Positions 54,534-64,000 of a stretch of 64,000 nt of DNA are shown here, in pieces (position 1 is the stretch's first letter; the number at the start of each line of letters is the position of its first letter). Below the pieces are notes generated by a model. It ran no database searches, was not told the DNA's origin, and saw only the letters and a list, made by a program, of their open reading frames with translations. The stretch lies in assembly GCA_977017575.1 (NCBI GenBank), contig CDRNVI010000039.1, positions 310,001-374,000 of the forward strand. The letters run 5' to 3'. Position numbers and translations under genes: made by a program. Source of the DNA: Paramoeba atlantica. Lineage: Eukaryota; Protista; Discosea.

Positions 54534-55094
54534 TTTTAATTTTTTTCGGTCGAAAAAAACCTTTTATTACTATAAAAAACATTTCTCCAACCCCGAATTT
54601 AAGTTTATTTGGCTTGTTCAGGTACAATACATGTATTGTTCCCCCGCAGTAGTGGGAGTTGCGCGACCCTGTTTACCCGTTCACGAGAAAATACGATTTT
54701 TAAGCGTGACCCACGTGAGTGCAACCCGTCCAATTGTTTGCGAAGAGCATCGGTTATCACTCGTATTTATCACTCCGCCAGACGGAAATCGAAGGAAGCT
54801 GAATATAAGCGAAAGCGCTTCGATAGGGGAACAAATGCGTTTGCAGATTTTCTTTAGAGCGAACCAGATAAATTTTATCTAGTTCGCCTTTTTATTAAAA
54901 CCGAGGCAAAGCAAAGATAAAAAAGTTGAATTTCTGAGGGGAAGATTACTTGCATTTTGATGAAAGAAGTGCCCGTTTTAAGTTTATATGCCGAAAAACT
55001 TTTGCGAATATCGCTTTTAGCATTCCTAATACGAGCATCTGAAAGCAAATACCTCACGATTGAACAATTGTACTTCATGAATGATTACTGGTAT

Positions 55095-55322
55095 TTACTT
55101 CAACGATTTATAACCTCTCTCAAGTTCTTCCCAAGGATCACGAAGAGCTTCAATAATCTGTCTTTCATCGATGGTAAATTTTTTCTTAGGATCAGATCCT
55201 GTCCGAACTAGGGCACGTTTGTAAAGATACCCTTCATCAAATTGGGAGAGGTCGCAATCGACCTCATCTTGCACTCTATGTCTAGAAGAGTTCTCCACTT
55301 CTTCTGTCTTGTTTGAATCCAT
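55095..55322 (-). CDS. small hypothetical protein (75 aa)
   Basis: ATG ORF in cluster orientation; family unknown. Confidence 0.4.
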   Translation of the reverse strand: MDSNKTEEVENSSRHRVQDEVDCDLSQFDEGYLYKRALVRTGSDPKKKFTIDERQIIEALRDPWEELERGYKSLK

Positions 55323-55524
55323 TTTTCTAGAGGAAATATTTGTTAGGTATTGAGAAAAAATTGAGTCCCCTGGAGAGTAGTAGTAAATACGGGCGAATAT
55401 ACAGTACTTGTACAACAAAAAAACTTCGGGCAGAAGAAACCAAGCAAAGAACGGAATGATATTCTTAGAGATTCAGAATGATATTCTTGACGATAAATTA
55501 CAAAAGATAGAACAACTAATCTGA

Positions 55525-58253
<2,729 letters not shown>

Positions 58254-58477
58254 TGTTTGGTGGTCGTGAGGTTCTGTGTCTACTGTTTTATAGCATATGA
58301 AACAAATACAAAAGAGTAGCTGTGTAAAAAAATACGTGTCAAATTACTATGCTGTTTTTTATATTTAAAGTACAATACAGGTATCACAAAAAAGTGGTTC
58401 GCTTGGCTTAAAAAGAACCCGAAATACGCAAAAACCACAACAGTTTCCTACAATGGAACATAACCAATGTAACCTCT

Positions 58478-59554
58478 CTACAATACCGCGTATATTTTCT
58501 TCTCATACCCGTTCACGTTACCCTGTTTCGCATAACAGCACAGGCCCACACTCTTGCGTATCATACGATCCACCCACTGCAGCTCACGGTACACATCCTC
58601 ATACACAATATACTCCTCATCCTTCACATGCCTGGCGAGCACACTCTCCGGCAGGTGACGACACACCACATACATGGAACACCCACACATATCCAGTCGG
58701 TCCCTCATCTGCAGATGCGTCTCCTGCAGAATCCGTCGGTAGCTCTTCCCCGTCACCCACCCACTGGCCTCCCCCGGAAGCGACCCGAGCCATATGTCAT
58801 ACCCCCAGCACTTACACCGTCGACTACACCTCCGCAGCCGCTCGTGGATAATATCCTCCAGGTACTCATAAATCGTCTTCGCCCGCACCCTCCCCGCCTC
58901 CCGGTTCCTCCCCCCTCTCGCCCGCGGGAGTGGGGGGAAGTACGGCACCGCGCTCTCCAGGGTGAGATCCGAGAACAGATCCATCTCCTCCATGTCCTCA
59001 TCCCCCGCGGCCCCGGGCGCCACCACCGGGAGAGCCGCCCCATCGGGGAACGGGTAATGCAACACGTTGGTGTCGACCGCGTAGTGGCTTTCTTTTGGGT
59101 TCGAAAATGGGGTTGTTGTTGTTGCTGTTGTTGTTGTTTTATGGTTTGCTTCTGCCTCCTTATCTTGGTTGGCTTCTTTCTTATCTTGGTTGGCTTCTTT
59201 CTTATCTTTGTTGGATTCTTTCTTATCTTTGTTGGCTTCTTCCTTATCTTTTTGTTTTTCTTTTTGCGCAGCAGCAGCTGCTGCTTTTCGCGCTTTCCGG
59301 GTTTCCTGGGCGCGTGGGCTCGGGGTGACGTATTTATACCCGTCGGAACCGAAGTAGTCCTCCTCGTGGATGCCTGTGGGGGGAGGGAGGGAGGGGGGCG
59401 GCTGGTCTTCCTCAGGATGAGAAGGGGGATGGGTCTCGGAGGGATCCGCGGGGGAGGAGTAGCCCTCTAGGGGGTAAAGAGGGTGGTAAGGTTGTGCCAC
59501 CGGGAGGAGGAGAGTGAGTGCGAGGAGGAGAGTAGAGAGGTAAGGTGGGTTCAT
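58478..59554 (-). CDS. putative secreted protein with KEANQDK repeats and a Cys-rich C-terminal domain
   Basis: Signal-like LSTLLLALTLLLPVAQP. Confidence 0.75.
   Translation of the reverse strand: MNPPYLSTLLLALTLLLPVAQPYHPLYPLEGYSSPADPSETHPPSHPEEDQPPPSLPPPTGIHEEDYFGSDGYKYVTPSPRAQETRKARKAAAAAAQKEKQKDKEEANKDKKESNKDKKEANQDKKEANQDKEAEANHKTTTTATTTTPFSNPKESHYAVDTNVLHYPFPDGAALPVVAPGAAGDEDMEEMDLFSDLTLESAVPYFPPLPRARGGRNREAGRVRAKTIYEYLEDIIHERLRRCSRRCKCWGYDIWLGSLPGEASGWVTGKSYRRILQETHLQMRDRLDMCGCSMYVVCRHLPESVLARHVKDEEYIVYEDVYRELQWVDRMIRKSVGLCCYAKQGNVNGYEKKIYAVL
59159..59254. repeat. 21 bp coding tandem repeat, about 4.5 copies
   Basis: CTTATCTT(G/T)GTTGG(C/A)TTCTTT. Confidence 0.9.
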
Positions 59555-59967
59555 GTAGAAGGGTTCATGGAGGTGAAGGGGGTGGTGGGGAAGTTAGAAG
59601 GTAAAAAAAAAGCTGAGACAAAAAAAAAAAAGAAAGTTTTCTGTGGAAGTTGGCGTGGTTAGTGGGGGATGGTAAACTGTTACAATGTAGGAGGCTTGTT
59701 ATTGGTGCTGTGTGTTGAGTACAACTCTTTTTTGATACATCAATAATCATAAGAAAAGAGAAAACAGATAGAGCTTACTGAATGTCCACTATGCACAACT
59801 GTAGGTTTAACCATAGAGTCCAGTGCGACAATTTTAAGTTCATATTGGAATGCATTTTTCATGTTACAGATTCCTGTTTTCAAGCTTAGCTTTTAAGAAA
59901 TAAAATTAAAGAGCGAAATGCCATGTTTGTCATTGAATTAAGGCATATTTCTAAAAACGTTCAGATA

Positions 59968-61368
59968 TTAAGATGCCATTTGCTCTTTTAGAGCTGCTTT
60001 TTCTTTCGCCTTTCGTGCCCGCTTTTCCACCAATTTTTTATATCGTTCGATAGCTTCCTTCATTGCCTCACGGTTTGATATCGGACTCGTACTTTTGTCT
60101 TCAAGGAATCCCAAGCGACCCTCCAATTGATTCCGTAAGACGTCTCCAAAGATAGAGGTAGGTTTTTCCATGAAGCAATCTAAGCGGGCCGCGATTGCAC
60201 ACTTATTTGCAAGAAACCGAGAGATGCGCCCCTTGTTCGGTTTCGACGCGCGCGAAATAAAGCTTGAGTTGAAAATCAATCCATACTTCGGTGTTTTGCC
60301 CTTCTTTTTGAGCGCCCGGAACAGTGCCTTTTCGGCCCCAAGAATTTGAATCGTCGATGCTGGAGCTTTGGCAAGGCTCGTAAGTGACCCAGTGCGACTA
60401 ATCAGCCGCGCTGCAATACGTTCATCCAGCAGAGTCGTCAAGTTCGGCGCAATTACTTTTAGCTTTTGCGTGAGGTACCCAGTCAGTCGAGTGCGGTACT
60501 CAGCTAGATCCGCAACCTTACGTGCATAGGCCATAATATTCAACATGTCCAACTCCGACACTTGTGTTCCCATGGAGGTCCGGGCGCGCTCCAAAATCGT
60601 TTGCGCAAGTCCTTCATCCAAACCGTAGAACTGCAAAATTTCACGCAGCTTTTCATCCAGTTCCTGATCCTTCCCCACATCGGGGATTTGATCAAGATCA
60701 CCAAGGGTAAGAGCAACTTTAGCGTAAGGAAGAATATCCGGAAGAGCACGTGCGAGCTCTGGGAAATGCCACCCGTACCACTCCTTGACGCGCATCGCAA
60801 GCTGGTTAATTCCCTTATCCATGTGATCAATCAGCGCAATAGCCTGAATCACCATGTTGTCCACCCGATGAACGTTGAATTTCACTTTGTTGCGGCTGTA
60901 TGCGTGGGTAAGACCACACTGTGCGCGCTCAATATCCCCCGGCTGATGAGAAGGTAGCAATTTACCCGCGTGTAGGCGAATACAACGTGAGAGCTCCAGC
61001 ACGTGCTCTGTAGAAACCACCGGAATTTGAAGTGTATCATGGATCACAGCCCCCAGGGTGGTGGCGCTTACCCCGAGTTCAAACGCCGACCCTTTCTTTA
61101 ACTTCCGTGCGAAAAGCTGGGAGAGAAATTGCTGCAGGTAATCCGTCATCAGCCCCTCCGCGACACAGTTGCAATTCTCCAGAGCCTCCTCGGCGGTACG
61201 GAACGGTGCAAAGCTCACGAGTTTTACAACAGTACGAAAGGTGGAGAGGTCCTGATAGGATTGCTGAAGAGCGATATCCGTGATGCCAATTTCCTCAGCG
61301 CGCAATTGCTGAAACACCGCGTACCCGGTAGCACTCTCGTAAAGAATGTACAAGGTACGGCTGCTCAT
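59968..61368 (-). CDS. NOP56: nucleolar protein 56 (box C/D snoRNP)
   Basis: KVKFNVHRVDNMVIQ; EWYGWHFPEL; ASTIQILGAEKALFRAL; KGRISRFLANKC. Start at ATG 61368. Confidence 0.95.
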   Translation of the reverse strand: MSSRTLYILYESATGYAVFQQLRAEEIGITDIALQQSYQDLSTFRTVVKLVSFAPFRTAEEALENCNCVAEGLMTDYLQQFLSQLFARKLKKGSAFELGVSATTLGAVIHDTLQIPVVSTEHVLELSRCIRLHAGKLLPSHQPGDIERAQCGLTHAYSRNKVKFNVHRVDNMVIQAIALIDHMDKGINQLAMRVKEWYGWHFPELARALPDILPYAKVALTLGDLDQIPDVGKDQELDEKLREILQFYGLDEGLAQTILERARTSMGTQVSELDMLNIMAYARKVADLAEYRTRLTGYLTQKLKVIAPNLTTLLDERIAARLISRTGSLTSLAKAPASTIQILGAEKALFRALKKKGKTPKYGLIFNSSFISRASKPNKGRISRFLANKCAIAARLDCFMEKPTSIFGDVLRNQLEGRLGFLEDKSTSPISNREAMKEAIERYKKLVEKRARKAKEKAALKEQMAS

Positions 61369-61745
61369 GAAACAAAAAGAAAAATGGATAACCGGGAAAG
61401 ATAAAAAGGGTTTACTAGTAGTGAAAATGACTTTCGAAGTATAATTCGGGATGCGGGTTACAAGTTTTGAGTAATAAAAGCATAAAAGTATACGGCATGT
61501 ATGACAGAACAACTGTTGTCAAGTGTGTTCCCTTTAGAAGTTATCTACAAATTTGGTGTCAAACTTTGTGAAAAGGAAAAAATATCCGAATTTTAAGCAC
61601 TAGCTAAAGTTCTGCGCCATTCATCGGAGTTAGAGCGAATGAAAGATTTGTTTTCCTCGAAGTTCATTATCCAGAAAACTAGATAATTGTGCTATTTTCC
61701 TAAGGGCAAGAACAGGACCTATCTACAGGACTACATGCTTGAACT

Positions 61746-62243
61746 CTATAGAACTGGATAAGCAGAAATGTATTCAAGTGGGTCAGGTAAATCAGGAACA
61801 CAATCGTAGTTTTCTTCGAGTTCCATTCCGTTTGACCTTTTGAGAGCCCTCTCATCTATCAAGATTCTAAGATCAGCTACGTCCCATTGTGCGGGCCTTG
61901 AAGTATCCTGTGTTTCAACGGGCGGAAATTCCTTACCGGTGTTTAGTATTTCTGTACTATTGGCAAGGGCAGAGGGATCAGGGAATAGTGAAATATTATT
62001 CTTAGTGCGACTAGGAACCGAAGCTGAAGTCTGATACTGACTTTCTTGTGGGCTACAGCCTTTGAGCAGCATTGGGTCTTTGATCGAGTGCACTCCGGAA
62101 ATGTGTGGAGACAGATTCGTAATATCCGCAAGACCTTGCCGCATTAACGGACGGTTCGTACTATGAGGAGTGCTTGGTAGTTCTTTTAAGGTTCCTACTT
62201 TCATCGAAAATGAAGCTTCCTTTACTAACTCTGGCGACTGCAT
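61746..62243 (-). CDS. disordered protein with a D-box; securin-like candidate
   Basis: RQGLADITN fits RxxLxxxxN. Confidence 0.65.
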   Translation of the reverse strand: MQSPELVKEASFSMKVGTLKELPSTPHSTNRPLMRQGLADITNLSPHISGVHSIKDPMLLKGCSPQESQYQTSASVPSRTKNNISLFPDPSALANSTEILNTGKEFPPVETQDTSRPAQWDVADLRILIDERALKRSNGMELEENYDCVPDLPDPLEYISAYPVL

Positions 62244-62585
62244 ACTAAATAAACATTCTTAGTGTTGATCGTATTACTAAAATTTTTTCTTATGCGTATT
62301 TGCGACATACTTGTATGACGTGAAAGGGGACTTTTGCTATGATGTGAAAAAAACCTATTCCAAAGACAGAAGCATGAATTCCCTTTTCAAAGCCACCTTT
62401 GGGAACTAAACTCTACTATACTACACTTAGAATCCACGAGCCTGACACCGTCCTTTCACGACACTCTACTACACTGTAGAAAAAACGTGCGAATGTTCAG
62501 TGCTACAACTTGGTATAATAGCTATTGAAACTGCACGATACCCTAAAAGAGTTCTGATCAAGGGAAACCATTAAAACCTCGCTCC

Positions 62586-63770
62586 TTAGTTTTTTGCAAC
62601 TCCTTTCTTTCCTCCCGCATGTCCTTTCTTAACAAGCTTTCCTGAGGGAAGTGACGCCTTCGTAGTTCGCTTGTTTTTTTTCTCATCCTCCCCTCCGAAG
62701 GGGGTTGATGAAATCTTGTGGGCAGTCTTAAAAAAAGTATCCAACCGACCTTGAGTCTTCGTCTTCCGCGCATCCATTAATTTTTGGATGCCGCGCGATA
62801 CGCGTTCTTCAGAAAATAATTTTTCCTTGACAAGGAATTCTTTTAGTCCTTCGACGTCGGGCTCAGTAAAATCTATGAGCAAATCCTCTGCCTTATTCAC
62901 AACTGGGTTTTGAAAAAGCCTTCGAGCGGCGACATAATTAAAGTTTTCCGGCGTCCATGGATGTTTCTCCGGATCTAAGTTCTCCAATAGCTTTTCCAGA
63001 CTCCCATATTGAAGTATTCCCTCCAGCGCTCGCACGGGACCTATCCCCGCAACCTTCCCAGTGTAATCACACCCAAGCAGCACACAAAAGTCAATAAACT
63101 GTTCCCGGGTCAACTTCAGATCACGCAGCACCTCCTCCAGATGGTACTCCATAATCCCACCGGACTGGGAATAGTTCAGGTGACGCAGCATAACCGTGGC
63201 GCCAAACGTCAGGGCATCCATGTCCTCCGTCCCCACGGCCCACGCCTTGCCCCCGCGGACAAGCTCTACGCACTGGGCCTCCGCCTCCTCCGGCGCCTCC
63301 ACCACAGGCATCCCCATCAGCCGTAGCAGTTTCTTACACTCCTCGTTCTGCTCCCGGGTGACGCGCACCATGCGTTTGCTCATGCGCTCCATCATGGCGT
63401 CATCTTTTAACTCAGTCGCGACTTGCAACCCGGTGGCCGCATCCGCCGCGAGTTTGTTCCTCCGGGAGATCTCATGCGACTTCATGTCGGGAGGCTTGCC
63501 ATCAAACACGTAAATCGGTTTAATCCCCTCGCTGACCATTCGAAGTGTGCGGCTCCAGAGCCCCACAAGGTGGGAGGTCACCTCCCCGGCCTCATTGGTG
63601 AGTTCCGTACCCTGACCCTCGGAGAAGCCTTTTAGTGCGATAAGGAACTGGTAGATCGCGCAGGAGGCATCCAGCGCAATGCGACGACCAAAGTAACTTT
63701 TGATGTCCTGCTTTTTCAACCCGTGAATGGCCTTCTCCGCGATTACTTTGCTGAGTCCATCAATACCCAT
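62586..63770 (-). CDS. FEN1: flap endonuclease 1
   Basis: MGIDGL; IALDAS; YVFDGKPP; EAEAQC; EDMDAL; LLGCDY; PIP box QGRLDTFF. Start at ATG 63770. Confidence 0.98.
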   Translation of the reverse strand: MGIDGLSKVIAEKAIHGLKKQDIKSYFGRRIALDASCAIYQFLIALKGFSEGQGTELTNEAGEVTSHLVGLWSRTLRMVSEGIKPIYVFDGKPPDMKSHEISRRNKLAADAATGLQVATELKDDAMMERMSKRMVRVTREQNEECKKLLRLMGMPVVEAPEEAEAQCVELVRGGKAWAVGTEDMDALTFGATVMLRHLNYSQSGGIMEYHLEEVLRDLKLTREQFIDFCVLLGCDYTGKVAGIGPVRALEGILQYGSLEKLLENLDPEKHPWTPENFNYVAARRLFQNPVVNKAEDLLIDFTEPDVEGLKEFLVKEKLFSEERVSRGIQKLMDARKTKTQGRLDTFFKTAHKISSTPFGGEDEKKNKRTTKASLPSGKLVKKGHAGGKKGVAKN

Positions 63771-64000
63771 TGCGAGGACAATGTTGAGGTCTAAATAATT
63801 AAAACGTGTAAGAAGGCTATACCTGTGTCTTGTGTGTGTACATGTAAATAAAATTTCCAGGGTGTGTTTAATAGAAAGAAAGGACAGTATCATTCATTTT
63901 TCCTAACAAAATATTTTCTTATTTTCTATTCCCTAGTGCTTTCGGGTATAAACTGTGTTCTGCGGTCTCTTTCATAGTTACCTGAAGGTGTGACTACAAC

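Noticed and set aside
54620-55090. Protein-like broken frames downstream of the 75 aa ORF
   Set aside because: No recognisable motif; a pseudogene cannot be supported without a search
61949-61963. TTTCTGTACTATTGG resembling the spliced-leader 3' end
   Set aside because: Short match inside a CDS with no AACTAA 5' part or Sm site; likely chance

Overview
Compact, intron-less eukaryotic DNA in which every recognisable cellular gene (about 35) lies on the minus strand. This directional, polycistron-like cluster, together with a REH2-type dsRBD protein, PRORP, PEX10, an LRR family and Merlin transposons, points to a kinetoplastid, most likely a Perkinsela-like endosymbiont (inference). Housekeeping genes include TFB4, TFB2, succinyl-CoA ligase beta, RLP24, UBC12, ADAT2, DPH6, RFC, PIF1, GMD, RPL12, RUVBL2, NOP56 and FEN1. 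Repeat-rich islands (16.6-25.4, 28.9-29.7 and 52-54.6 kb) contain a near-intact Merlin DNA transposon plus two Merlin fragments, a decayed DIRS/VIPER/TATE-type reverse transcriptase, a possible pogo relic, several MITE-like hairpins, a 1.6 kb TIR element with an unrecognised ORF and its 126 bp derivative, and two foldback elements whose inverted 18-bp arrays share flanks but have flipped cores. The most unusual signal is a set of at least seven 0.4-1.1 kb GC-rich islands overprinting genes, each C-rich on the left and G-rich on the right of the + strand. All assignments come from reading motifs by eye; no searches were run.
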